NCBI GenBank assembly: GCA_963717935.1
Contig: CAVQXP010000004.1
Coordinates: 608,001 to 672,000, forward strand
DNA from: Candidatus Eiseniibacteriota bacterium
GTDB lineage: Bacteria; Eisenbacteria; RBG-16-71-46
Direction: 5' to 3'
DNA length: 64,000 nucleotides
Shown here: positions 26,387 through 36,430 of the stretch, in pieces
How positions within the stretch are numbered: the first letter of the stretch is position 1
How the letters are laid out: each line of letters opens with the position of its first letter
Made by a program: the position numbers and the translations under genes
Notes under the pieces: model-generated
Told to the model about the DNA's origin: nothing
What the model saw: only the letters and a program-made list of their open reading frames with translations
Databases searched by the model: none

Positions 26387-27973
26387 ATGAAGTCGGAATC
26401 CCGCCCCACGAGGGACAAGCTCGACCGCAACGCCTGGTCACTGCTGGGCCTGACCTTCATCGTGGTCCTTGCCCTCGCCGCGGCGGTGCCGCTGCTCTAC
26501 CTGCCCCAGGCCAGCCTCCTGCGCGAGGGCTCGGGCGGCGAGCCCGTGCAAGAGCAGTACCTGGCGGTCGTGGGCCTGAGCGGCCTGGTGGTCATCTTCT
26601 GCCTCTACACCGCACTCAAGCAACGCGAGCTGGACGCGATGCGCCGCCGCCTCGAGCAGGAAGAGCGCGAGAAGGCGAACGTGGGCACGCGCCTCTCGGA
26701 GTTGTCGGCCCTCTTCCAGCTCTCGACGACGCTGAACCTGCAGCTGCAGCTCGAGGACATCCTCGAGATCATCGTGCGCCGCGTGGTCTCCACGCTGCAG
26801 GCCCAGCAGGCCTCGATCATGATCTTCAATCCCGAGACCAGCCTGCTCGAGACCCGTGCCTCCTACGGTCTCGAATCCGAGTTCGCGCGCAATGCCCGCA
26901 GGAAGCTGGGCGAGGGCATCGCCGGCTGGGTGGCCGAGCGCCGCGAGCCGGTCCAGCTGGACTCGGGCCAGAGCATGGGTGCCTTCCAGAGCCAGCACAA
27001 GGTCAACCGGAACATCACCTCGGCCCTCTCGCTGCCGCTCCTGGTCGGCGAGCGCTGCGTGGGCGTGCTCAACGTCAACCGGATCAACCACCCGGAGACC
27101 TTCCAGGACCACCACCGCGACGTGCTCCGGCTCTTCGCCGAACACGTCGGCTCGGTCATCGAGCGCGCCGGGGTCCTGGAACGTCTCGGGAGCCGGGCCC
27201 GCGAGCTGGAGGCCGTGAACCTGGAGCTCAGCGAGATGAACCGCCTCAAGGGCGTGTTCCTCTCGACCGCCAGTCACGAGCTCAAGACCCCTCTCACGTC
27301 GGTCATCGGTTACGCCGAGCTGCTCGACGACAACGACGAACGCATGACCCGCGAGCAGCGCGGGGAATTCCTGCGGCGGCTGCGAGCCGAGGCGGGACGG
27401 CTGCTGGGCCTGATCGAGGACATCCTCGACCTGACCCGGATCGAGAGCGGCAAGCTCACGCTGCGCTGCGTCTTGATGTCGGCGAACGAGGTGGCGCATG
27501 CGGCCGTGGAGACCACGCGTCTGCTTGCCCAGAAACACGGCGTCGAACTGATCGAGCGGCTCGATCCCCTCCTGCCGCACGTGGCCATGGACGAGGTCAA
27601 GATGCGGCAGGCGCTGGTGAACCTGCTGGTGAACGCCGTGAAGTTCAGCCCCGAGCACGGGAAGGTCGTGATCGAGACCCTGCGTGACGGCGATTTCCTG
27701 CGGATGCACGTGACCGACCAGGGCGAAGGCGTCGCCCCCGAGGACGCGGCGCACATCTTCGATCTGTTCGGCCAGAGCGCCCGGGGTGCGCAGGGGGGCG
27801 GACTCGGCATCGGGCTCCATCTGGTCATGCGCATCACCGAGCTGCACGGCGGTCACGTGGGCGTGAACAGCCGGCCCGGCCAGGGCAGCACCTTCTGGCT
27901 GCGGTTGCCGCTGCGATCCGCGGAGTCCGCGGAGTCCCCGGAACAGGTGGTGGCCGCCCGAGAGGCGGCCTGA
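26387..27973 (+). CDS. Membrane GAF-domain sensor histidine kinase
   Basis: 2 TM, GAF (GEGIAGWV, GVLNV), H-box SHELKTPL, N-box NAVKF, DQGEG, GLGIGL. Confidence 0.92.
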   Translation: MKSESRPTRDKLDRNAWSLLGLTFIVVLALAAAVPLLYLPQASLLREGSGGEPVQEQYLAVVGLSGLVVIFCLYTALKQRELDAMRRRLEQEEREKANVGTRLSELSALFQLSTTLNLQLQLEDILEIIVRRVVSTLQAQQASIMIFNPETSLLETRASYGLESEFARNARRKLGEGIAGWVAERREPVQLDSGQSMGAFQSQHKVNRNITSALSLPLLVGERCVGVLNVNRINHPETFQDHHRDVLRLFAEHVGSVIERAGVLERLGSRARELEAVNLELSEMNRLKGVFLSTASHELKTPLTSVIGYAELLDDNDERMTREQRGEFLRRLRAEAGRLLGLIEDILDLTRIESGKLTLRCVLMSANEVAHAAVETTRLLAQKHGVELIERLDPLLPHVAMDEVKMRQALVNLLVNAVKFSPEHGKVVIETLRDGDFLRMHVTDQGEGVAPEDAAHIFDLFGQSARGAQGGGLGIGLHLVMRITELHGGHVGVNSRPGQGSTFWLRLPLRSAESAESPEQVVAAREAA

Positions 27974-28001
27974 GCGCAGACGCCCACGCGGCGGTCGCGC
28001 A

Positions 28002-28040
28002 GCGGCCCGGGCTCTTCGGAGCCCGGGCCGCGTTCGTTTC
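28002..28040 (+). terminator. Intrinsic terminator between convergent genes
   Basis: 13-bp stem GCGGCCCGGGCTC-TTCG-GAGCCCGGGCCGC followed by GTTCGTTTC. Confidence 0.8.
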
Positions 28041-28053
28041 CGGTGGAGGGCGC

Positions 28054-29625
28054 CTACGCCGCCAGCGGCTCCTCGGGGTATTCGTGCGCCGCGAGCGAAC
28101 GCGTCACGCTCAGCGCCGCCGGCAGCGGCCGCAACTCCTTCGCCTCGGCCGGCGAGAACGGCACTCCGCGCTCGTCCATGATCACGCGCACGTGGGGCCG
28201 CGCGAGATCCTGCCTGTCGGGGGCAAGCACCACGGCGGTCCGCCCGTCGCTCAGCTCCACCAGTTGGCCCGGGGGGTAGAAGCCCACCGAGTAGACCAGC
28301 GCCCACAGGATGACCGGGTCGAAGCAGCTGGCGATGGGCCCGAGCATGATGCCCAGCGCCCGGCAGGGCGTGACGCTCCTGCCCCGCTCGCTGCGGTGCA
28401 TCTGCAGGCTCACGAAGCAATCGGCGGCCGAGACGATCTCGGAGAGCCGGCTCGTGCGCCAGCCCGCAGGCAGCGCCGGATAGCCGGCGCACCCGGCCGG
28501 GGTGCGCGATGGCTCGCCCTCCTGCGGGGCGCGGACGGCATGGTGCTCGAGCGCCACGTGCAGGCAGCGCAGGGTGGCGGCGTTGAGCGTGGTCGAGCGC
28601 GCGATGAGCTTCACGCCCTCCAGGGGGTGGCTGTCCGCCAGCCGCCGCTCCTCCTCGTCCATCTCCTCCAGCGGGTGCTGGATCCGGTCGTAGACCGCGG
28701 CCTTGCCCACGTCGTGGAGCAGGGCGGCGACGCCGAGGTCGGCGAGCGCCCTGCGATCGAGCCCGAGGAGGTGGCCCATGGTCACGGCAACGAGGCAGAC
28801 GTTGACCGAGTGAGCGTACGTGTACTCGTCGTGGCGGCCCAGGCCCGGGAGTCCGAGCACGACGGGCTCGTTCGCGAACGCCCCGTCGATGAGCGGCTGC
28901 ACCACGCGCTTGGCGTGGCGCAGCACCACGCCATCCTGCAGGGTGGTCGCGGCGAGCAGCGAGCGCGCCCCGAGGATGGCCAGCGAGTAGCTCTTGTGCG
29001 CGGCGGGCCGCATGCTGGCGGTGCCGGGCGCCGGGGCTGTGCCGCCCTCGCCGCCGCCATCGACCCCCGGCAGGGCCGGGTCGGGTGCGCCGAAGCCCGC
29101 GACCGGGTCTTCGCCGGGACCGGTCGCAAGGCCGTCCGGGGTGGGCGGGTCGCCGGACTCGGTCGAGGCGTGCACGACGGGCAGGACGTGGCCCAGCCCC
29201 CCGGCCACGCAGGCCTCGAGCAGCGCGGTGCCGCGGTAGGTGTCGGGTTGCAGGAAGAACCGGAAGAAGCCACCGAGCTCGGATTCGGTGACGCCGTCGA
29301 GGACCCGCACGCCCGCGATGTGCCGGCGCGTGAACTCGTCCATGAGCGCCCGGTGGAAGCGCAGGTTCGCGGTCGTGACCGGGAGCCTCACGCCGTTCAG
29401 GTAGAGGTCGCTGTCGAGCGAGATGAGCAGGACCTCGGGCGTCTCGGCGAAGACCGGGCCGAGCGATTCGATGAAGGTGGGGAGTTGCTGGTGGAAGGCC
29501 CGGTTCTCGACCCTGTAGGAACGGCCGGTGCGCACCAGCGCGAGGAATCGCAGGATGACGCCGTGGCCGTGCTCGCGCAGGCGCTCGTCGCGGGGGCGGA
29601 CCGTGGGCTGCGGAGCCTCGGTCAT
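28054..29625 (-). CDS. HD-GYP domain protein (c-di-nucleotide phosphodiesterase family)
   Basis: HSVNV, LHDVGK, HP, EHH, GYP, AD motifs; C-terminal YPPG..VELSDG. Confidence 0.88.
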   Translation of the reverse strand: MTEAPQPTVRPRDERLREHGHGVILRFLALVRTGRSYRVENRAFHQQLPTFIESLGPVFAETPEVLLISLDSDLYLNGVRLPVTTANLRFHRALMDEFTRRHIAGVRVLDGVTESELGGFFRFFLQPDTYRGTALLEACVAGGLGHVLPVVHASTESGDPPTPDGLATGPGEDPVAGFGAPDPALPGVDGGGEGGTAPAPGTASMRPAAHKSYSLAILGARSLLAATTLQDGVVLRHAKRVVQPLIDGAFANEPVVLGLPGLGRHDEYTYAHSVNVCLVAVTMGHLLGLDRRALADLGVAALLHDVGKAAVYDRIQHPLEEMDEEERRLADSHPLEGVKLIARSTTLNAATLRCLHVALEHHAVRAPQEGEPSRTPAGCAGYPALPAGWRTSRLSEIVSAADCFVSLQMHRSERGRSVTPCRALGIMLGPIASCFDPVILWALVYSVGFYPPGQLVELSDGRTAVVLAPDRQDLARPHVRVIMDERGVPFSPAEAKELRPLPAALSVTRSLAAHEYPEEPLAA

Positions 29626-31376
29626 GGCTTGCTCCGGGGCCTGAGGGCCTCGAGACAGGCCGCGCGCACCGCCTCGCTGCGCGCGTGCGCGCCGGCTTCA
29701 AGCGCGGCCATCGCGTCCGGCGTGCCGATGTGACGCAGGGTGCGGGCGGCCGCCGCGCGCTGGAAGGTGCGGCGCGCGAACCACCCGCCCTTGTGCAGCA
29801 GTGCCTCGAGCGCCGGCACCGAGAGGTCGTCGGCGATGTCACCCAGCGCGCCGAACAGGATGCGCTGGTTGTCTTCGTCGCGGGACTCGAAATCGGATGA
29901 CTCGATGAGTGCGAGGATGGCGCGCGCGACCTGCGGGTTCTTCTCTCTCGTCAGCATGTTGAGGGTGGCGGCCAGCACCTGTGCGTCACGCACGCTGAGT
30001 TGCTCGAGGAGCAGCGGATTGCGGTCCTCGAGCGGGACCGAGCCCAGCGCCTGCACGAGCTGGCGGCGCACGCGCGGCTCGGGATGGCGGGCGACGGTGC
30101 GCAGCAGGGGCACGACGGCCGGACCGCCGATCTGGCCGAGCACGAAGACGAGGTTGCTCACCAGCGGCCAGCGCGGGTCGGCGAGCCAGGGCGCGAGCAG
30201 GTGCGGATCGTCGGCGCAGAGGTAGCACAGGGCGGTCACGGTGGCGGCGCGCGCGCGCGCCTTGTCGGTGCGGGCCAGGATGTCCACGCAGAGGCCGATG
30301 GCCGGGGTGCCGAGCGCCACGGTGAACGCGGCGAAGCGGCTCTGGTCCGACGTCTCGCCCTCGTCGAAGCGGTCCGCGATGACCCCGGCGTCGAGCCCGG
30401 CGAGCGCAGCGGCCAGTTCGTCGCCCACCAACTCGCGGTCCCGGTCGAGTTCGTTGAGCAGCCTGAGCGCGCGCTGCGCCTCATCCCAGGCCATGCGCTG
30501 CAGCGCCGGGGCGAGCCAGGAGATGATCGAGTGCCCCAGCGTCCGCCGCATGTCCTCCGAGCCGTCGAGGGCGTACAGGCCGCGCAGGAAGTCCGGCGCC
30601 TGCTCGATCCACGCGGTCGAGTTCTCGAGGTCCCAGGCCGCGAGGAAGCCGGGACGTCCCGCCTCGGCCAGCGGTTCGAGCCGTGCGAAGGCCTCGGGCA
30701 CGTCCGCCGTCTCCTCGGGCAGGGCCCAGTCATCGAAGGTGTCGCGATGCAGGCCCTGCGCACCCGCAGCCCGGCCCAGGTCGGCGTGGATCTCCGCCCC
30801 GGTGGGTGACCAGGCGAAGACCTGGCCCCGCTTTTCCTGGGCGGCCCCCGGGCTGCCGTCGGTCCGCGAGGAAAGGAAGATGGTCTGTTCGAGCGGCACG
30901 GCCTCGAGTTGGATGTGCGAGAGGTTGGCCTGCCATAGCAAGGTGACGAGGTCGTCCTGCGCGGCACTACAGCTGGCGTCCAGCAGGATCCGGAACAGCG
31001 TGTTCAATGTGCTGCCCGGCGCGTCTGCCGCGATCGTGAGTCGGCGGATGCCGTCGCGGTAGAAGAGAAGGGGCAGGCGGTCCGTGATGTTGGTGGCGCG
31101 ATCGGCGCCCGGGGCCTGAGGGACCACCTGGACGACCGGCTCGTCGTCGAGGAAGATCTCGGTGGCTGAGAAGCGCAACCGCCAACCGCCGTGGGCAGCG
31201 ATCAACTCGGCCAGCGCCGAGACGGCCGTCCTCTGCGCATCCAAGGCCGTGGGGTTGCTACAGTTGTAGAGATGGAAGATGCGCAGCGAGCGCGCCAACT
31301 GCCGGAACCAGGTGGCTGCGGCCCGGGCTTGCGGCGAGAGAGTCCGGAGGGTCTGCGTGCTGGGGGTGGGCGTCAT
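29622..31376 (-). CDS. HEAT-repeat protein
   Basis: L.D.RW.LV.N.V..LG.IG and VR..LV.ALG repeats; stop overlaps HD-GYP start (ATGA). Confidence 0.85.
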   Translation of the reverse strand: MTPTPSTQTLRTLSPQARAAATWFRQLARSLRIFHLYNCSNPTALDAQRTAVSALAELIAAHGGWRLRFSATEIFLDDEPVVQVVPQAPGADRATNITDRLPLLFYRDGIRRLTIAADAPGSTLNTLFRILLDASCSAAQDDLVTLLWQANLSHIQLEAVPLEQTIFLSSRTDGSPGAAQEKRGQVFAWSPTGAEIHADLGRAAGAQGLHRDTFDDWALPEETADVPEAFARLEPLAEAGRPGFLAAWDLENSTAWIEQAPDFLRGLYALDGSEDMRRTLGHSIISWLAPALQRMAWDEAQRALRLLNELDRDRELVGDELAAALAGLDAGVIADRFDEGETSDQSRFAAFTVALGTPAIGLCVDILARTDKARARAATVTALCYLCADDPHLLAPWLADPRWPLVSNLVFVLGQIGGPAVVPLLRTVARHPEPRVRRQLVQALGSVPLEDRNPLLLEQLSVRDAQVLAATLNMLTREKNPQVARAILALIESSDFESRDEDNQRILFGALGDIADDLSVPALEALLHKGGWFARRTFQRAAAARTLRHIGTPDAMAALEAGAHARSEAVRAACLEALRPRSKP

Positions 31377-31568
31377 GGTTCTCCGTGGTCCCGGCCGGCA
31401 TGCCGGAACGCCCCATCGCGGGGCCCGGGCCGGGGCGCCGTGTGGTTCTCCAGCGGGTTATCGGCGGGCCGGGCGCCCGGATTGAGGGTCTGAGGCGGGG
31501 GAAGTCGGCCGGACGCGCCCCTGGAGGGGGGCCCGCCGTCCCCGGGCGCCCCCCGCCCCCCCCTCGCC

Positions 31569-31597
31569 TTGACTCGACGGGGGCTCTCCCGTAGCCT
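31569..31597 (+). promoter_or_regulatory. Sigma70-type promoter of rpmH operon
   Basis: TTGACT-17 nt-TAGCCT. Confidence 0.7.
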
Positions 31598-31649
31598 GCA
31601 CTGCTCCTCCATCGTCGCAATCCGCTGTGCAATCGAGGTATCCCTACCG

Positions 31650-31802
31650 ATGAAGCGTACCTACCGCCCCCGCAACCGCCACCGGAAGAAGACCCACGGC
31701 TTCCGGCAGCGCATGAAGACCAAGGGCGGCCGCAAGGTGCTCGCGGCCCGACGCAAGGTGGGCCGCAAGCGCTTGACCGTCTCGAAGAAGCCGAAGTCCT
31801 AG
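31650..31802 (+). CDS. rpmH: 50S ribosomal protein L34
   Basis: MKRTY.P...[23 protein letters not shown]. Confidence 0.98.
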   Translation: MKRTYRPRNRHRKKTHGFRQRMKTKGGRKVLAARRKVGRKRLTVSKKPKS

Positions 31803-31955
31803 AGCGCGGCACGTCATCCTTTGCGGTCCTCCCTCCTGGGTCACCAGCCCGCCATGGGCTGTGGGCTCGCTACCTTTGCCTGTCTGGCCGTGGCCGTACC
31901 GGGCCCCGGGGACGGCGCGTCCACGCTCCGGAGCCGGAGCACGGGACCGATCTCG

Positions 31956-32354
31956 ATGACCGTCGAACGCCGCGAGCGGCTGACACCCGAGCACCGGCTG
32001 ACCTCGTCGCTGCAGCATGCGGCGGTCAAGGAGTCGGGCGTGGCCTTCCGGGGCCGGCACTGCCTGATGCTGGTGTTGACGCGTCCGGGTGAGCCGACCC
32101 GCTTCGGCTTCGTCGCGAGCCGCAAGGCCGTGGGTGGGGCGGTCCAGCGCAACCGGGCCCGCCGCCGTCTGCGGGAGCTGGTGCGCCGCCGCTGGCCGCG
32201 CCTGAGCGAGCACGGCTACTGGATCGAGTTCATCGCCCTCCGCGGAGTGCTCGCCGCGCCACACCAGGAGCTGGCCACCGAAGTGGAGCACCTGCTGGCA
32301 CGTGCCGGGGCGCTCGCGCCCACACGCATCCCCGGGGCCCTGGGTCATGCGTAG
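31956..32354 (+). CDS. rnpA: Ribonuclease P protein component
   Basis: [22 protein letters not shown]; synteny. Confidence 0.95.
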   Translation: MTVERRERLTPEHRLTSSLQHAAVKESGVAFRGRHCLMLVLTRPGEPTRFGFVASRKAVGGAVQRNRARRRLRELVRRRWPRLSEHGYWIEFIALRGVLAAPHQELATEVEHLLARAGALAPTRIPGALGHA

Positions 32355-32556
32355 CCCGGCGCTCCTGCTCCTGCGTCTCTACCAGGTGCTGATCTCGCCG
32401 GCCTTCCGCGGTTCCTGCCGTCACCTGCCCTCGTGCTCGGAGTACGCGCGTGAGGCCGTCGAACGCCACGGTGCGACTCGCGGACTGTGGCTCGCCCTGC
32501 AGCGTCTCCTGCGCTGCCACCCGCTCGGCTCGAGCGGATACGACCCGGTGCCCTGA
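32347..32556 (+). CDS. yidD: Membrane protein insertion efficiency factor
   Basis: YQ..ISP, CR..PSCSEY, RC.P...GYDPVP. Confidence 0.95.
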   Translation: MRSPALLLLRLYQVLISPAFRGSCRHLPSCSEYAREAVERHGATRGLWLALQRLLRCHPLGSSGYDPVP

Positions 32557-32558
32557 CT

Positions 32559-34403
32559 ATGAATCGTCGCACGATGGTCTTCGTCGTCCTGCTGATGATG
32601 GTGTTCCTCTTCTACCAGCCGCTGCTGAGGATGGCCGGGCTGGGCCAGTACCTCGACCCGCCGCGCCGGCCCATCCCCGCCGCGGTGGACACCACGCGCC
32701 CGGACACCGCGGTGCCCCGCGCGACCGCTCCCGTCACGGCACCGCAGCCGGCCGCCGTCGGCACTGCGCCCCCCGTGGCCCCTCCTGCGACCCCCGCGCC
32801 CGCGCAACTGGCGCCGCTGTCCATCCTGGCCCGGACGGGGGGGATCGAGAAGCGCTGGGCGCTCGAGACCCCGCTGTATCGCGCCGAGTTCACGAACCGC
32901 GGCGCGCGGCTCCTCACGGTGGAGCTCAAGCGCTACGTCGCGGCCCACGGGGCCTCCGCGAAGAACGGCAGGCCGCTGCGGGTTCCGGTCGGACGCGAGG
33001 TGCCTGCGGGCGACCGCGTGGTGCTGGCCGGCGGGCCGCTCTTCGGCATGGACTTCGGCTCGGGCGCGGGGCTCCGCTCGCTGGCCGACGTGGTCTACGC
33101 CGTCGCCGAGAGCACCGACGCGTCGGGCGAGACGCGGGCCCTCACCTTCATCGCGGAGGACGACGCGGGGCTCGTCATCCGCCAGACCTGGCGCGTGCGG
33201 CCCGATACCTACGCGCTCGACCTCGAGGTGGAGACGCGCGGGATCCCCGATTCCTGGCGGCTGAACGACTACTCGCTGACCATGCGGACGTGGCCGGCCT
33301 TCACCGAGACGGACCGCAAGACCGATCTGAACGACGTGCGCGTCACGAGTCTCGTGGGACGCAACCTCCACCGCGATCCTCCCCGGGGTCTGGTGAAGGA
33401 TCACAAGTCCTACGAAGGGATGGTCGAGTGGACCTCGGTGCAGAGCCGCTACTTCCTCTGCGCCACCGTGATCGAGCAGGCCATCCCCCGCAGTGCGACG
33501 GGCCGCGGCGAGGAGCAGCCGCTGACCGACGCCGAGCTCGGCCAGCTCGCCGCCAACGAGAAGCCCGTGCAGGTCGTGGGGGTCGGCACCCTGGTCGTGG
33601 GGCTGCCGTCCTCGGAGCGGCCCCGCCAGCGCTTCATCGTCTACGTGGGCCCGAGCGACCTGCGCGTGCTGTCGCGCCTGGGTCACGACCTGGCGCGCGC
33701 GGTGGACCTGGGCTGGAACTGGATGCGGCCCATCAGCGAGTTGCTGCTGAAGCTGCTCGACTGGATCTTCGTCGTGGTGCGCAACTACGGCCTGGCCATC
33801 TTCGCCCTGGCGGTGCTGGTGCGCATCGTGCTGCACCCGCTCAATGCCTCGAGCCTGAAGAGCATGCGGGCCATGCAGAAGCTCCAGCCGGAGGTGGAGC
33901 GGCTCAAGCTGAAGTACAAGACCGACGCACAGGCCATGAACACGGCGCTCATGGCGTTGTACAAGGAGAACAAGGTGAATCCGGCGGGCGGCTGCCTGCC
34001 GATCCTGCTGCAGATGCCGCTCCTGATGGCGCTCTACCAGGTGCTGCTGAAGGCCATCGAGTTGAGGCAGGCGCCCTTCATCGGCTGGATCCACGATCTC
34101 TCGGCGCCCGACGTGTTGTTCAGCGTGAACTACGGCACCGGTCTCTTCCCGATCCGCCTGCTGCCGGTGCTGATGGCGGGCTCGGGGTTCCTGCTGCAGA
34201 AGTTCACGCCCACGAACCCGCAGCAGGCGCCGACGCAGTACCTGATGAACGCCTTCATGCTGGTGCTGTTCTACAACCTGCCGTCGGGGCTGGTCTTCTA
34301 CTGGACCGTGATGAATCTGGCCAGCGCGTTCCAGCAGTGGATGGTGCTGCGTCAGGACAGCTCTGCGGTGGTGGTGATGGAGTCCGCCGGGGGCAGGAAG
34401 TAG
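32559..34403 (+). CDS. yidC: Membrane protein insertase
   Basis: VDLGW, NYG.AI, MQKLQP, NP.GGCLP.L.QMP, WI.DLS.PD, PSGL.FYW. Confidence 0.97.
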   Translation: MNRRTMVFVVLLMMVFLFYQPLLRMAGLGQYLDPPRRPIPAAVDTTRPDTAVPRATAPVTAPQPAAVGTAPPVAPPATPAPAQLAPLSILARTGGIEKRWALETPLYRAEFTNRGARLLTVELKRYVAAHGASAKNGRPLRVPVGREVPAGDRVVLAGGPLFGMDFGSGAGLRSLADVVYAVAESTDASGETRALTFIAEDDAGLVIRQTWRVRPDTYALDLEVETRGIPDSWRLNDYSLTMRTWPAFTETDRKTDLNDVRVTSLVGRNLHRDPPRGLVKDHKSYEGMVEWTSVQSRYFLCATVIEQAIPRSATGRGEEQPLTDAELGQLAANEKPVQVVGVGTLVVGLPSSERPRQRFIVYVGPSDLRVLSRLGHDLARAVDLGWNWMRPISELLLKLLDWIFVVVRNYGLAIFALAVLVRIVLHPLNASSLKSMRAMQKLQPEVERLKLKYKTDAQAMNTALMALYKENKVNPAGGCLPILLQMPLLMALYQVLLKAIELRQAPFIGWIHDLSAPDVLFSVNYGTGLFPIRLLPVLMAGSGFLLQKFTPTNPQQAPTQYLMNAFMLVLFYNLPSGLVFYWTVMNLASAFQQWMVLRQDSSAVVVMESAGGRK

Positions 34404-34785
34404 ACCGCGTGATGCCGCGGTGGACCGCGCGAACGGTGGCGCGGGGCCGCGCTCCCGGTCCGGTTCTCATCTGTTGTGGTCAGGGAGGTCGTACAGAGCT
34501 AGTCTAGAAGTACCCGAACGCGGTTGGGTCCGGACTCGCCACGCAGGCATCTCGTGCCCGCCGTGGATCCTCCGGCCCGATTCGCCTCCGCCGTGCGGGC
34601 GTCTCGCGGTCCCTTCATGGGCACCTGGCGGGCGTTCCGGCGAGGCTGCGAGAGGAAACACCCGCTGGCCGGGGGCCGGCGGGTCGGGGTCCGCCCCACC
34701 ATTCATGGTTCGCTTGCAGCGCGAGGGCAGGCATTCCAGGGTTCGCCTTGCCGCCCGGACGCGATGCGCAGGACTGAGGTGACCG

Positions 34786-36363
34786 ATGGCCCACATGGGC
34801 GATGTTTTCGAAGGCAGGACACTGGATACGGCGGTGACAAAGGGCCTGGACGCGCTGGGCCTCTCCCGCGCTGAAGTGATGATCACCATCCTCGAAGAGG
34901 GCTCGGGCGGATTTCTCGGCATCGGAGCGCGGCCCTACAGGGTGCGGATGATGCGGCGCCCCGGTGGCCCCCCCCTCCTGGATGCCGACGAACGGAGCCG
35001 TCGCGGAGCGGGGCGTGGCCGCCGCGATCGTGAGCGTGGAGCGACCACGGGACGCCCGGGGGAAGGAAGCCGCGGGTCCGGGGAGCGGCGCGATCGGCCG
35101 CGCGACCGGGGCGATGAGCGCAAGCGTGGCGAGCCGCGGCCGGAGCGTTCCGCCGAGCGCGGCGAGCGGCGGCCGGAGCGTTCCGCCGAACGTGGTGAGC
35201 GGCGGCCGGAGCGTTCCGCCGAACGCGACGAGCGGCGGCCGGAGCGTTCCGCCGAGCGGGGCGAGCGGCAGCCGAAGCGTTCCACCGAACGCGACGAGCG
35301 GCGGCCGGAGCGTTCCGCCGAGCGGGGTGAGCGGCGGCCGGAGCGTTCCGCCGAACGTGGCGAGCGGCGGCCGGAGCGTTCCGCCGAACGCGACGAGCGG
35401 CAGCCGGAGCGTTTCACCGAGCGCGACGAGCGGTGGCCGGAGCGTTCTGCGGAGCGCGACGAACGGCGTGGGGACCGTCCAGCTCCTCCGGAAGTCCAGG
35501 GCCCCGGAGCCGAAGCTCAAGGTGCGGGTGATCTCGACGGTGGCGAGGACCGCCGTCGTCGCCGCCGTGGCCGTCGGGGTGGGCGTCGCCGCCACGGTGA
35601 GGGTGCGGAGGGCCGGAGCGAGGCCGGGTTCTCGCCGCGCGAGTCCTCCGAGGAGCGTGGACCTGTTCATGAGGATCTCCCGGCGGAACGCGCCCCGGTC
35701 CACGATGAGTGGCCCATGGAGCGCGAGGTCTACGACGAACCGCCCGCTGTCCAGGTGGAGACGGCCGAGGCGCCGGAGCGCTTCGAGCCGCCGGTGCGCC
35801 GTGAGCCGCTGGAGCGCCCTGCGCGCGATCTCCCCCGCGAACCACGTCCCGAGACGTTCGACGGCCCCGGCCTCTCGGCCGACGAGTTGATCGCCCAGAG
35901 CACGCGCGTGACCGGGGATCTCCTCAAGGCCATGGGTTTTGAAGCCAAGATCAGCGCCACGGTGGACGGCAACCACGTGGATGTCACGGCAGAGGTCGCA
36001 ACGGACGAGGAACTGCTCACCGGCCGCAAGGGCGAGGTGAGGCAGGCCCTGCAGCACCTGCTCAATCGCATCCTCAACCGGGGCGAGGTCAGCCGCTACC
36101 ACCTGCAGCTCGAGATCAATGATTTCTGGAAGCGGCGCGAGGAGGAGTTGCGCGACCTGGCCCGCTCGCTGGCGGACGAGGCGATCGCCAGCGGTGGCGA
36201 GGCGGTGACCGAGTACCTGAACTCGCAGGAGCGGCGCATCGTCCACGTCACGCTCCGCGAGGACGCCCGCGTGAAGACCTATGCCCTGGGCACGGGCATG
36301 ATCAAACGCGTTGCGATCGCGCCGGCCGATTTCGAAGGCGGCCCGAGAGACGAGAGCGACTAG
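34786..36363 (+). CDS. jag: RNA-binding protein Jag/KhpB/EloR (Jag_N, KH, R3H) with long repeat-containing linker
   Basis: EEGSGGFLGIG (Jag_N), L.G.KG....ALQ.L (KH), ERRIVH (R3H); synteny after yidC. Confidence 0.92.
   Translation: MAHMGDVFEGRTLDTAVTKGLDALGLSRAEVMITILEEGSGGFLGIGARPYRVRMMRRPGGPPLLDADERSRRGAGRGRRDRERGATTGRPGEGSRGSGERRDRPRDRGDERKRGEPRPERSAERGERRPERSAERGERRPERSAERDERRPERSAERGERQPKRSTERDERRPERSAERGERRPERSAERGERRPERSAERDERQPERFTERDERWPERSAERDERRGDRPAPPEVQGPGAEAQGAGDLDGGEDRRRRRRGRRGGRRRHGEGAEGRSEAGFSPRESSEERGPVHEDLPAERAPVHDEWPMEREVYDEPPAVQVETAEAPERFEPPVRREPLERPARDLPREPRPETFDGPGLSADELIAQSTRVTGDLLKAMGFEAKISATVDGNHVDVTAEVATDEELLTGRKGEVRQALQHLLNRILNRGEVSRYHLQLEINDFWKRREEELRDLARSLADEAIASGGEAVTEYLNSQERRIVHVTLREDARVKTYALGTGMIKRVAIAPADFEGGPRDESD
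35137..35466 (+). repeat. 10 x 33-nt coding tandem repeat (RPERSAERGER)
   Basis: Counted in the translation of jag. Confidence 0.95.
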
Positions 36364-36381
36364 CCCGGTTCGAACTGGTTC

Positions 36382-36418
36382 GGCGCCGGGCTCTCTCGAG
36401 GGCCCGGCGCCTTTCTTT
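36382..36418 (+). terminator. Intrinsic terminator-like hairpin between jag and mnmE
   Basis: GGCGCCGGGCTCTC-TC-GAGGGCCCGGCGCC followed by TTTCTTT. Confidence 0.75.
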
Positions 36419-36430
36419 GGAGCGGTCCCC

